Under the pieces are notes generated by a model, which was not told the origin of the DNA, ran no database searches, and saw only the letters and a program-made list of their open reading frames with translations. Made by a program: the position numbers and the translations under genes. A stretch of 64,000 nucleotides of DNA, from NCBI RefSeq assembly GCF_036559105.1, contig NZ_DATBTV010000021.1, positions 1,689 to 65,688 on the forward strand. The letters run 5' to 3'. Origin of the DNA: Lapillicoccus sp. GTDB lineage: Bacteria > Actinomycetota > Actinomycetes > Actinomycetales > Dermatophilaceae. Below, one piece after another: positions 9,259-18,851 of this stretch. Every line of letters begins with the position of its first letter. Positions within the stretch are counted from its first letter, which is position 1.

Positions 9259-9278
9259 GCTCGACTGCCAGTCGAGCG
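9259..9278. repeat. 20-nt palindromic repeat, copy 1 (GCTCGACTGCCAGTCGAGCG)
   Basis: Perfect inverted repeat CTCGACTG-C-CAGTCGAG. Identical to the copy at 9310-9329. Confidence 0.7.
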
Positions 9279-9309
9279 ACTCGGCTGGGGTTCTACCGGC
9301 AGCCAAGCG

Positions 9310-9329
9310 GCTCGACTGCCAGTCGAGCG
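9310..9329. repeat. 20-nt palindromic repeat, copy 2 (GCTCGACTGCCAGTCGAGCG)
   Basis: Identical 20-mer, 51 nt from copy 1. Confidence 0.7.
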
Positions 9330-9350
9330 GCACTGCGAGGCGTCGGTGAG

Positions 9351-9388
9351 CCCGTGAGACGACACAGAGCCCGCCACCCCCTCACGGG
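9351..9388 (-). terminator. hairpin downstream of the GH81 gene
   Basis: CCCGTGAG ... CTCACGGG, an 8-bp stem with a 22-nt loop, about 30 nt after the stop at 9420. Confidence 0.35.
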
Positions 9389-9419
9389 TGACGGGCCCTG
9401 GTCGGGGCGCCCGGGGGTG

Positions 9420-11513
9420 CTACGACGCCCTAGTCATGAGCCACGCCTCCATGTAGGCCCGGCTGTTGCCGTCGTCGACCCACTTCGCGTCGAGGCTCGA
9501 CGCCTCCTTGAGCGCGGCGGCCGCATCCTGCTGGCCGGCCAGACCGGCGTACATGAGGAGGTAGTCGCCGAACTGCTGTCCGTACCCCGCCCCCGCGGTC
9601 GCCTCGGTGACCTGAGCACGGATCCGGTCGGGGTCGCCGGCGAGGTAGGCGGCCGAGCTCGGGCTCGCGGGGAGCACGAGGATGGCCAGCATGGCCGCCG
9701 GCGACGGGGAGAACCACGTGGCGTAGTCGCGCTTGCCACCCCAGGTCAACGAGAAGATCTGGTGCCCGAAGCCCTGGTAGACCGGGTCGCTCTTGTCGAT
9801 GCGCAGCCCGTAGAGCAGCGCGGTCGCCTGCTCCCCGGCCAGCATCCAGGTGGCCTCCGCCTTGAGCGGCTGGTTCTTCGTGGTGTCGGCCCAGATGCTC
9901 AGCCCGGTCCAGGCGGTGACCGCCTCCGAGGTGCTCTCCTGGTTGTTGCCGTCGGCGAACGGCGAGGTGCCGCTGGCCCACGAGTGCGCGTTGTAGGCGT
10001 CGAAGGCCCGGCGGTCGGGGAACAGCCCCTTGGTCCCGGTGCCGGCGATGTCGGCGGCGACGAGGTCCATGACCGGCTGCCACTTGGCCACCAGGGCCGG
10101 GTCGTTGGCGGCGAGCAGGCCCGCCGTGTAGAGGAAGTACCCGTAGTGGAAGTGGTGGTCGTTGTACTCGTCCGAGCCGAACGAGGGGGTGAGCCCGATC
10201 ATGCCCTTGCCCTGCGCGTCGTAGACGAAGCAGAACGCGGGGCGCTTCGCGCAGCCCTGGGGGTCGGTCCACTGGTCGAGCTGGGTGACGAGCTTCGCCT
10301 TGAGCGGCGTCGCGACGTCCTCGAGCCCGAGCTGGGTGGCCAGCTGGTACAGCTGGGCCGACCGGTAGAGGGCCTTGCCGCCGAAGTACGTGTCGGCCGG
10401 GAAGTCCTTGGTCTCGGCCACGTCCTTGCGGACCTGGTCGGCCAGGGTCGCCTTGTCGGCGTTGCTGAGCTTGCCGAGGTCCAGCTGGGTGGTGACGGCC
10501 CGGGTGGGCTCGCTCCACGTCAGCGTGTCGCCGCGGCAGACCGAGAGGGTGCCGTAGGCGCTCGGGAAGGTCCCGAGGTCGCAGGTCGTCCCGCCGGCGA
10601 GGCCGGTCTTCTGGTGCGGCATCGCCACCACGACCCCGTCGCCGCCGCCCTCGTGGGCGTACGTGAGGGTGGTGGTCGCCGAGTCCCCGGAGACCGCATA
10701 CGCCGTCTTGCCGGAGGTGACCGGCGCGACGGACGAGGCCATCGCCGCGGCCGAGCCGCCGTCGGGCACCGCGAACCAGGTCACCCGGCCACCGGCTTGG
10801 ACCGAGACACCCGTGTCGCTGGCGGTGGCCTTGTCGAGCAGGAGGCCGTAGGTGCGCCCGGCGACCGTGACGGTCGGCGGCTCACCCGCGGCGAAGGACA
10901 CGTTCTGGCCGAGGGTGACCGCGTCGGTGGCCGTGAAGGTGACCGAGGGAGACCCCTGGGCCAGCACCGTGTGGCCGAGGGCCTTGCCGCCGCTCCCCCG
11001 CTGCTCGAGGGTGACGGTGAGGTCGTCGTAGGCGGACACGACGGTCGACTGGACGCCCGGCACGGTGACGGTGACGTCGGAGACGGCCCCGCCGATGATC
11101 GCCTTGTCCGACGTGACCACCTTCGGTACGCCGAACCCGAAACCGGTCTTCTGCTCGGTGAAGCTGAGCGGCACCGCGAACACGGGGAGCGCCTCCGGCC
11201 CGAGGGCCAGGCTGGAGAACCACTTGTTCGTCGGCGGGACCAGGCCCTGCGCCAGACGGTCCGCCTGGAGCGGCTTGGGGGTCTGCTGGACGACCTTCGC
11301 GGCGTTGGTCTGGAGGGTGGCGGGGTCGATCACCGCGGTGGCGGCGTCACCGCTGCCCTCGACCTTCGAGCCCGCGCCCGCGGCGTCGCCGCTGCTGCTG
11401 GAGCTGGTGGTGCAGGCGGTCACGGTGGCGAGCGCCGCGACGGTGAGCACGGCGAGGCCCGCGCGCAGCGGCCCGGCCCGGCCCCTGGTCAGGGAGTGGA
11501 GGGTTCGCATCAC
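9420..11513 (-). CDS. glycoside hydrolase family 81 (endo-beta-1,3-glucanase) lipoprotein
   Basis: Signal peptide with lipobox LATVTAC. GH81 motifs PTNKWFSSL, YNDHHFHYGYFLY and DGNNQESTSEAV (catalytic Glu region). The start overlaps the upstream stop (GTGATG). Confidence 0.85.
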   Translation of the reverse strand: MMRTLHSLTRGRAGPLRAGLAVLTVAALATVTACTTSSSSSGDAAGAGSKVEGSGDAATAVIDPATLQTNAAKVVQQTPKPLQADRLAQGLVPPTNKWFSSLALGPEALPVFAVPLSFTEQKTGFGFGVPKVVTSDKAIIGGAVSDVTVTVPGVQSTVVSAYDDLTVTLEQRGSGGKALGHTVLAQGSPSVTFTATDAVTLGQNVSFAAGEPPTVTVAGRTYGLLLDKATASDTGVSVQAGGRVTWFAVPDGGSAAAMASSVAPVTSGKTAYAVSGDSATTTLTYAHEGGGDGVVVAMPHQKTGLAGGTTCDLGTFPSAYGTLSVCRGDTLTWSEPTRAVTTQLDLGKLSNADKATLADQVRKDVAETKDFPADTYFGGKALYRSAQLYQLATQLGLEDVATPLKAKLVTQLDQWTDPQGCAKRPAFCFVYDAQGKGMIGLTPSFGSDEYNDHHFHYGYFLYTAGLLAANDPALVAKWQPVMDLVAADIAGTGTKGLFPDRRAFDAYNAHSWASGTSPFADGNNQESTSEAVTAWTGLSIWADTTKNQPLKAEATWMLAGEQATALLYGLRIDKSDPVYQGFGHQIFSLTWGGKRDYATWFSPSPAAMLAILVLPASPSSAAYLAGDPDRIRAQVTEATAGAGYGQQFGDYLLMYAGLAGQQDAAAALKEASSLDAKWVDDGNSRAYMEAWLMTRAS

Positions 11514-12247
11514 TTGAGTCCGATCTTGATGAGGAACGAGCGCAGCCCGTCGGTCGGGCCGGCCAGCGGGCCGTCGTCGCGCAACGAGAGGGTCGCGGCG
11601 ACCGGCGTACCCGGGTGGGTCAGCTCGGCGATCTTCGGGTCCTTGAGCGAGTCGCTCGCGACGGTCACCCGCGTCTTGGCCTGGCCGTTCTCGGTGGTCA
11701 CCGAGACGGACTGGACCGTGCCCTCGACCGTGCGGTCGTCGGGCAGCCGCAGGCTGACGGCTGCGCCCTTGACGATCCGCTCGTAGTCGCGCGGCGAGAG
11801 GACGAAGTCGGCGAGCGCATACTGCGAGCCGTCCGAGGTGATCGTGGCGAGGTTCGCACCGTTCTGGACGAACCCGCCGGTCTGCGCCTTGACGTCGGAG
11901 AGCCGGCCGTCGCTGAGCGCCTTGTAGGTCACGGTGGACGTCTTGGTGTCCACGTCGAACGCGTCGGTCGAGGTGACCTTGAGGCCCTGCGAGAGGTCCC
12001 GCTGCAGGTCGGGGCTGTTGACGGTGAAGAGGGTCTGGCCCTTCTTCACCTCGTCGCCGTCGCCGGCCTCGGTGTTGGTGACGACGCCGCCGTACGCGGC
12101 GCCGACCGAGGCCTGGGCCGAGACGACCTGGCCGGTGGTGCTGAGGGCCTGGGCCTGGCGCTGGTTGAAGACCAGCGTGAGGACGGCGGTGAGAGCGAGC
12201 ACGGCGACGATGCCGCCGAAGAGTCGAAGTCGTTGGGTCCAGGTCAT
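11510..12247 (-). CDS. HlyD-like / membrane-fusion (barrel-sandwich) protein with N-terminal TM anchor
   Basis: 245 aa. TM segment FGGIVAVLALTAVLTLVF. Lipoyl-like hairpin GGVVTNTEAGDGDEVKKGQTLFTVNS and beta-barrel-like C-terminus. ATGA overlap with the GT2 gene. Confidence 0.6.
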   Translation of the reverse strand: MTWTQRLRLFGGIVAVLALTAVLTLVFNQRQAQALSTTGQVVSAQASVGAAYGGVVTNTEAGDGDEVKKGQTLFTVNSPDLQRDLSQGLKVTSTDAFDVDTKTSTVTYKALSDGRLSDVKAQTGGFVQNGANLATITSDGSQYALADFVLSPRDYERIVKGAAVSLRLPDDRTVEGTVQSVSVTTENGQAKTRVTVASDSLKDPKIAELTHPGTPVAATLSLRDDGPLAGPTDGLRSFLIKIGLK

Positions 12248-13995
12248 GACGAGACCTCCTGGGTCGCAGTGGATCCGGCCATCACGAGGTCGTCACGCGT
12301 GAGCACCGCGACAGGGCTGTCGGCGGGGCGCGCGATGACCGTACGCAGGGCTGGCTCGGGAGTCGGTTCGGTGACAGGCTCCGCGGCGGGGCGACGTCGC
12401 CGGGCCAGCTCGCGGAACGCAGCGCCGATGAAGGCGCCGAGGATGATCGTGTTGGTGATGTTCCAGATGGTCGCCAGCGTCAGCTGGCTGTGGTTGATGT
12501 CGCGCCAGATCGCCACGAACGAGGTCGGCAGCAGGAACGTGAACATCAGGACCTGCGGGACCATGAAGGCGAACGGCGAGGCCACCCGGTGATTTCCACC
12601 CGTGACGTGCCACTTGGTGTCCTTGCCGGTGATGACGTTGAACAGCGCCCGCGTGTAGATCGGGAACGACACCGTGGACAGCAGTAGGCACTCCCAGCGG
12701 AACGACCCGAGCGTGAAGAACGCCAGGACGATCTGCATGACGTAGAAGCCGGCGTAGTAGAGCAGCCAGGTGCCCAGGCCGAGGTCCATGGTCACGGGCC
12801 GGAGGTCGAAGTAGATCTCCAGCGGCGGGACGAGCAGGAGCAGCAGCGGTGCGATGCCGGCGAGGTAGTGCGTGGCCGTGACCAGGTACATGATCCGCTG
12901 GTCGGGCGTGAGCCGGCGGCGCGGGCTGAGCGGGTTGTGGGTCATGAGGATCTCGAACCCGCCGGTCGCCCAGCGCTGCTGCTGCTTGGTGAAGCCCTCG
13001 ATGGTGTCCGGGGCGTCGCCCACGGCCAGCTCGTCGGGGATGTAGACACTGCGCCAGCCCCGCTCGTGGAGCAGCAGCGAAGTCCACACGTCCTCGGACT
13101 TGCTGGCGGTGTACATGCCGCCGATGTCGTCGACGGCCTGGCGGCGGAAGACCACGTTGGTGCCGACGCAGAACGCGGCGTTGAAGTGGTTCCGGCCGGG
13201 CTGGATGAACCGGTAGAAGACGGTCTGCATGTAGCCGGCGCCGCGGGCGATGACGGTGTGGAGGTTGCCGTACACCTGCGGCGTCTGGACGAACGCGACG
13301 TCCTCGCTGACGAAGAACGGCAGCGTCTCGAGGAGGAAGTCCTCCTTGGGGACGAAGTCGGCGTCGAGGATCGCGAAGTACTCGCCCTTGGCGATGGACA
13401 GCGCGTGGTTGATGTTGCCGGCCTTGGCGCCGTTGTTGGACAGGCGGCGCACGTAGTGGCAACCCAGCTCGGCCGCGAGGTCCCTGACCCCGTCGGACTT
13501 GCCGTCGTCGAGGATCCAGGTCCGGTGCTTGCCGGTCATGGCTCGCGCGGCCGTGGCGGTCCGGCGGATGGTGTCGACCGGCTCGCCGTAGACGGTGATG
13601 AAGACGTCGACCAGGGTGTCGTTCCCGTTGAGGCGGAACGGCCACTGGGTGGCGTCCTTGCCGTTACGGGCAATGAACTTCGGGTCGAACAGAGCGTCAC
13701 GCGCCGCGTAGTACGCGTAGTCACGTGGGCTGGATGCGCCCGAGAGGATCGTCCACATCGCCAGGAGGGCCTGGACGATGAGGAGGCTCTCGGCGACGAT
13801 GACCATCGAGTACGGCAGCCAGTCGCCGCGGTTCGCGGGGTTGAGGAGAAAGCTCGAGTAGAGGAGAACGCCGAGCGCAGCGATGACCGTCAGGAGGATC
13901 ATGACCGGGCTGTAGTCCGTCGAGACACGCGCTCGACGATCGGTCAGGACCTGGGCATCGCCGCCGGCGAGGTCGTGGGAAGGGTCGAATGACAC
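12244..13995 (-). CDS. processive family-2 glycosyltransferase (cellulose/curdlan synthase-like)
   Basis: DDGKSD, ILDADF, VQTPQ, SEDVWTS and QQQRWATGG (D,D,D,QxxRW), flanked by multiple TM helices. The start is taken as GTG 13995 (VSFDPSHD). The track ORF extends to 14148, so the start is uncertain. Confidence 0.85.
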   Translation of the reverse strand: MSFDPSHDLAGGDAQVLTDRRARVSTDYSPVMILLTVIAALGVLLYSSFLLNPANRGDWLPYSMVIVAESLLIVQALLAMWTILSGASSPRDYAYYAARDALFDPKFIARNGKDATQWPFRLNGNDTLVDVFITVYGEPVDTIRRTATAARAMTGKHRTWILDDGKSDGVRDLAAELGCHYVRRLSNNGAKAGNINHALSIAKGEYFAILDADFVPKEDFLLETLPFFVSEDVAFVQTPQVYGNLHTVIARGAGYMQTVFYRFIQPGRNHFNAAFCVGTNVVFRRQAVDDIGGMYTASKSEDVWTSLLLHERGWRSVYIPDELAVGDAPDTIEGFTKQQQRWATGGFEILMTHNPLSPRRRLTPDQRIMYLVTATHYLAGIAPLLLLLVPPLEIYFDLRPVTMDLGLGTWLLYYAGFYVMQIVLAFFTLGSFRWECLLLSTVSFPIYTRALFNVITGKDTKWHVTGGNHRVASPFAFMVPQVLMFTFLLPTSFVAIWRDINHSQLTLATIWNITNTIILGAFIGAAFRELARRRRPAAEPVTEPTPEPALRTVIARPADSPVAVLTRDDLVMAGSTATQEVSS

Positions 13996-14146
13996 AATGG
14001 CACCCCCGTGCCGTGAAACAGAGTGGGGTCCACCGAGTCCCGTTGGCGGGGCTGCGGCGAAATGACAGCGGCCCCATTGCCTGCGGGAGAGGGTTGAGGA
14101 CCTCGACCCCGCGTGCTTCGAGAGTAGAGGGACGCGGGATGGATGC

Positions 14147-14162
14147 ATGACAACGTTGACAT
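14147..14162. promoter_or_regulatory. near-palindrome ATGACAACGTTGACAT upstream of the glucan synthase operon
   Basis: 14 of 16 positions symmetric around CAACGTTG, in a locally AT-richer stretch. Contains TTGACA. Confidence 0.3.
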
Positions 14163-14225
14163 CTGCGTGCTCAGCGCGTGGTTCAGATCACACCGATGAG
14201 GTATGGCGTTCCACGCTGTGGACGG

Positions 14226-15434
14226 TTACCGAGCGGTAGAGCCGAGCTGGTCCGTCCACCCCGTCCGCCCGACCCAGCCCTCGACCCGCGGGTACGCGTC
14301 GGCGAACCACGGTTCCTTGGCCTCCGTGTACTCGTCGGCGCTGGGAGCGCCGGCCGCGAGGGCCTTCTTCAGCGAGGCGTACTGCTGCCGGGCCTCGGGG
14401 TCGGCACGGAGCCAGTCGCGGAACTGCAGCGCGAAAACCCAGCCAGGAGAACCGAGCTCGCGAACGTGGACGTTCGCGACCCGACACGGGTCCATGGAGC
14501 CGTAGAAGCGCTTGCGCCACCGGCTCGGGTCATCGCCGCGCGGTAGGGGTGAGTCCTCCGTGATCGCCGGCACGTGGACGAAGCCGCGCTGGGTGAGCTG
14601 GGCCACGAACGCCGGGGTGTCGGCGTCGGTCAGCCTCCGGACGCCGACCTGAAGGTCGATGGCGTCCTTGGCCGGCAGGTCGGGCACACTGGTCGACCCG
14701 ATGTGCTCCACCCGAACCGCCCGGTCGCCGAGGGCGTCGGCGACGCGTGCAGCGAGGCGTGCGGCCTGCGCGGGCCACGCGGGGTCCGGTTCGACCACGA
14801 CCCCTCGCTGGAGCCGGCTGCGCTTCCCCGCCAGCAGGTTCGCGTTGAAGGGCAGCAGTCGGCGGGCCCAGAGGTCGCCGACCTGCCGTTGGGTCGCCTC
14901 GAGGGTGCCGTCGTTGTCGACCCACACGTCGGCGGCGGCCCGGCGCTGCTCGTCGGTGGCCTGTCGGGCGATCCGGTGGCGCGCGTCCGTCTCGTCCAGC
15001 CCGCGGTCGACCAGCCGCCGCACGCGGGTCTCGGTGTCCGCGCCCACGACGACGCTGAGGTGCTCGTGGGGCCAGAGGCGGCGTTCGACGAGGAGGGGCA
15101 TGTCGTAGACCGAGACCGCCTGGACGTCCAAGGCGGTCCGCAGCTCGCGCACCCGGGCCGTGATGGCCGGCCCGGTGATCCGGTCGAGATCGGCCAGGGC
15201 GGCCGGGTCCGGGAAGACGATGGCCGCGAGCGCCGCACGGTCGAGGGACCCGTCCGGACGGATGAGGTGCGCCCCGAACCGCTCGGCCACGGCGGCCAGG
15301 GTCGGCCGCCCGGGTTCGACGACCTCGCGAGCCACGACGTCGGCGTCGATGACCTGGGCGCCGAGTTCCCGCAGGGCGGCGGCCACCGTGGACTTACCCG
15401 ACCCGATCCCCCCGGTGAGACCGACGTCGAGCAT
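14226..15434 (-). CDS. coaE: dephospho-CoA kinase fused to a GrpB/UPF0157 domain
   Basis: N-terminal GLTGGIGSGKST. C-terminal VEHIGSTSVPDLPAKDAIDL (GrpB). This fusion is typical of actinobacterial CoaE. Confidence 0.9.
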   Translation of the reverse strand: MLDVGLTGGIGSGKSTVAAALRELGAQVIDADVVAREVVEPGRPTLAAVAERFGAHLIRPDGSLDRAALAAIVFPDPAALADLDRITGPAITARVRELRTALDVQAVSVYDMPLLVERRLWPHEHLSVVVGADTETRVRRLVDRGLDETDARHRIARQATDEQRRAAADVWVDNDGTLEATQRQVGDLWARRLLPFNANLLAGKRSRLQRGVVVEPDPAWPAQAARLAARVADALGDRAVRVEHIGSTSVPDLPAKDAIDLQVGVRRLTDADTPAFVAQLTQRGFVHVPAITEDSPLPRGDDPSRWRKRFYGSMDPCRVANVHVRELGSPGWVFALQFRDWLRADPEARQQYASLKKALAAGAPSADEYTEAKEPWFADAYPRVEGWVGRTGWTDQLGSTAR

Positions 15435-15470
15435 CTCGACAGACTAGAGCCGTCCCCGACGGAGGACATC

Positions 15471-15563
15471 ATGGCGAGTCGTGTCGTCATCACCGGGGGC
15501 GGGAGGGGCATCGGCCGCGCCACCGGTCGTGTGCTGAGCCATGGCCTCTCGCCAACGGTGTGA
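15471..15563 (+). pseudogene. 30-codon stub of a short-chain dehydrogenase (N-terminal Rossmann motif only)
   Basis: GGAGGA then ATG 15471: MASRVVITGGGRGIGRATGRVLSHGLSPTV-stop. TGGGRGIG is the SDR cofactor motif. The reading frame ends about 220 codons early. Confidence 0.4.
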
Positions 15564-15569
15564 GCAGCG

Positions 15570-16673
<1,104 letters not shown>

Positions 16674-16676
16674 GGG

Positions 16677-17993
16677 CTAGAGCTTGGCCTTGATCTGGCT
16701 GTCGATGACCTGCTGCGTCTCGCTGTTGAGGCCGGCGAACGTCTGCGCGACGTCGGCGCCCTGCGCGACCTGGTCGAGGGCCTTGCCGATGCGGGCGCCG
16801 CCACCGGGCACGAACACCCGCGCGTAGTCCTGCGAGCGGGTCTTCGGCAGCTGGTCCACCGCGGTCTTCGCGTTGGGGTTCTTCGCGAGGAAGTCCTTCT
16901 CCGACTGGTTGTCCAGCGCGGACTTCCGGACCGGCATGTACCCGGTCGCCTGGGTGAAGATCACCGTGTTGTCCGCGTTGGTGAGGAACTCCATGAACTT
17001 CAGCGCGTTCTTCTTCCGCTCGTCCGAGATCCCCGCCGGGATCGCCACGCCGGCGCCGCCGGTCGGGCAGTTGCCGTCACCGGGCAGGAACGCCGTCCCC
17101 ACCGAGAACTTGGCCGCCTTGGTGATGCCGCCGAGCGACCCGGTCGACTGGACGATGCACGTCGCGAGGCCGGCGCCGAAGTCGGCCTCCGGCGTCTTGT
17201 TGAACTTGACGTAGCCGGCCTTGGCGAAGTCCTGCAGGAACTGGCCCGCCGCGACGGTCTTCGGGTCGGTGAACGTCGGGGTCCACTCCTTCGAGTAGGC
17301 GCCCCCGAAGTCCCACGCCATGTTCTGGAAGTACCAGTCGAGGTAGTTCGAGCCGTCGGGCATCTCGAAGACCGACTTGTCCGCCCCGGCCGCGGCCTTG
17401 AGCTTCGGCGCCCACTCCTGCAGCTCCTGCCAGGTCTTGGGCCCGCGGTCCTCGAGGCCGGCGGCCTTCCAGAGGTCCTTGTTGTAGTAGAAGAGCGGCG
17501 TCGACCGCGCATACGGCAGGGCGTAGTGCTGGTCCTTGAACTTGTAGTCGTTGTAGAGCGAGTCGACGTAGTCGTCGGTCTTCACGCCGGCCGCCGAGAG
17601 CAGGTCGTCGAGCGGTGCGAACTGCTTGTTGAGCGCGAAGTTGAACCACGTGACGTCCGAGGCGACCACGATGTCGGGCAGGGTCCCACCGGCCAGGGCC
17701 GCGTTGAACTTCTGCGCGACCTCCTCGTAGTTCTTGCCCGCGTCGGTCAGCTTGACGGTGATTCCCGGGTTCGCCGACTGGAAGGCGGTGATGATCTTCT
17801 GCTCGACCTCCTTGGACGTGCCCGGGTGGTTGCTCCAGAAGTCGATGGTGTTCGCGCTGCCGCCACCGCCGCTCTCTTGTGGCGTGCCGGGGCTGCCGGT
17901 GCCGGCACAGGCGGCGAGACCGGCGAGGGCGGCGGCGCCACCGGCTACTCCGAGGAATCCCCGTCGTGAGATCTGGCGGGAGAGGTCGTTCAT
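16677..17993 (-). CDS. ugpB: ABC transporter substrate-binding lipoprotein (UgpB-like)
   Basis: Tat-like leader RRGFLGVAGGAAALAGLAAC. YARSTPLFYYNK, CPTGGAGVAIPA and TGYMPVRKSA resemble mycobacterial UgpB (from memory). Confidence 0.75.
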   Translation of the reverse strand: MNDLSRQISRRGFLGVAGGAAALAGLAACAGTGSPGTPQESGGGGSANTIDFWSNHPGTSKEVEQKIITAFQSANPGITVKLTDAGKNYEEVAQKFNAALAGGTLPDIVVASDVTWFNFALNKQFAPLDDLLSAAGVKTDDYVDSLYNDYKFKDQHYALPYARSTPLFYYNKDLWKAAGLEDRGPKTWQELQEWAPKLKAAAGADKSVFEMPDGSNYLDWYFQNMAWDFGGAYSKEWTPTFTDPKTVAAGQFLQDFAKAGYVKFNKTPEADFGAGLATCIVQSTGSLGGITKAAKFSVGTAFLPGDGNCPTGGAGVAIPAGISDERKKNALKFMEFLTNADNTVIFTQATGYMPVRKSALDNQSEKDFLAKNPNAKTAVDQLPKTRSQDYARVFVPGGGARIGKALDQVAQGADVAQTFAGLNSETQQVIDSQIKAKL

Positions 17994-18023
17994 GGGTATG
18001 CCTTTCGTCTGCGGGTAAGCGGG

Positions 18024-18851
18024 TCAGCTCTTCACAGCGCCGGCCGTGAGGCCCTTGATCATCTGGCGTTGGAGGAAGAGGAACAGGACGAGGATCGGCA
18101 GCATCGCGAGGATGGTGCCGGCCATGACGGGACCCCAGTTGGTGAGGCCCTCGTTGTTCTGGAGCAGGGTGAGCCCGACCGGGAGCGGAGCGACCCGCTC
18201 GTCGTCGGCCATGAGGAAGGGCCAGAGGTACTCGTTCCACTCAATGACGACGGTGATGAGCGAGAACGCCACGAGCGTCGGCCAGGACATCGGCATGACG
18301 ATCCGCCAGAGCAGCTTCATCGGGCCCGTGCCGTCGAGCCGGGCCGCCTCGATGATCTCGCCGGGCAGCGACAGGAACTGGTTGCGCATGAGGAACGTCC
18401 CGAAGGCCACGCCGGCCAGCGGGATGATGATGCCCTGGTAGGTGTTCTTCCAGCCCAGCTGGCTGACCAGGGCGTAGTTCGAGATGACGGTGATCTGGTT
18501 CGGGACCATCAGGGCCGCGATGACGACGAAGAAGACGATGGTGCGCCCGGGGAACCGCAGCAGCGCCAACGCATACGCGCTGAGCACGCCGAGCACGATC
18601 TTCGCCGTCGCCGTGGCGACGGTGATGATCACCGAGTTGCGCAGGTAGCTCCAGAACGCGATCCGCGTCGTGACGTCGACGTAGTTCTCCTTGGTGGCCG
18701 GGTCCGGCCACCACTGCGCCGGCCGGACGTAGATGTCCTGGCGCTCCTTGAACGAGGTGATGAGGATCCAGAACAGCGGCACCGCGATGACGAGGGACAC
18801 GAGGACCATGGCCACATAGCCGGCGGCGGTCCACCCCCTGCCGCGGTTCAC
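18024..18851 (-). CDS. ugpE: carbohydrate ABC transporter permease
   Basis: Start at GTG 18851, overlapping the upstream stop (GTGA). EAA loop IEAARLDGTGPMKLLWRIVMP. Confidence 0.8.
   Translation of the reverse strand: MNRGRGWTAAGYVAMVLVSLVIAVPLFWILITSFKERQDIYVRPAQWWPDPATKENYVDVTTRIAFWSYLRNSVIITVATATAKIVLGVLSAYALALLRFPGRTIVFFVVIAALMVPNQITVISNYALVSQLGWKNTYQGIIIPLAGVAFGTFLMRNQFLSLPGEIIEAARLDGTGPMKLLWRIVMPMSWPTLVAFSLITVVIEWNEYLWPFLMADDERVAPLPVGLTLLQNNEGLTNWGPVMAGTILAMLPILVLFLFLQRQMIKGLTAGAVKS

Noticed and set aside
9184-9419. LexA SOS box upstream of uvrB.
   Set aside because: There is no TCGAAC-N4-GTTCGA-like sequence in the interval. The RecA-NDp-type motif fits instead.
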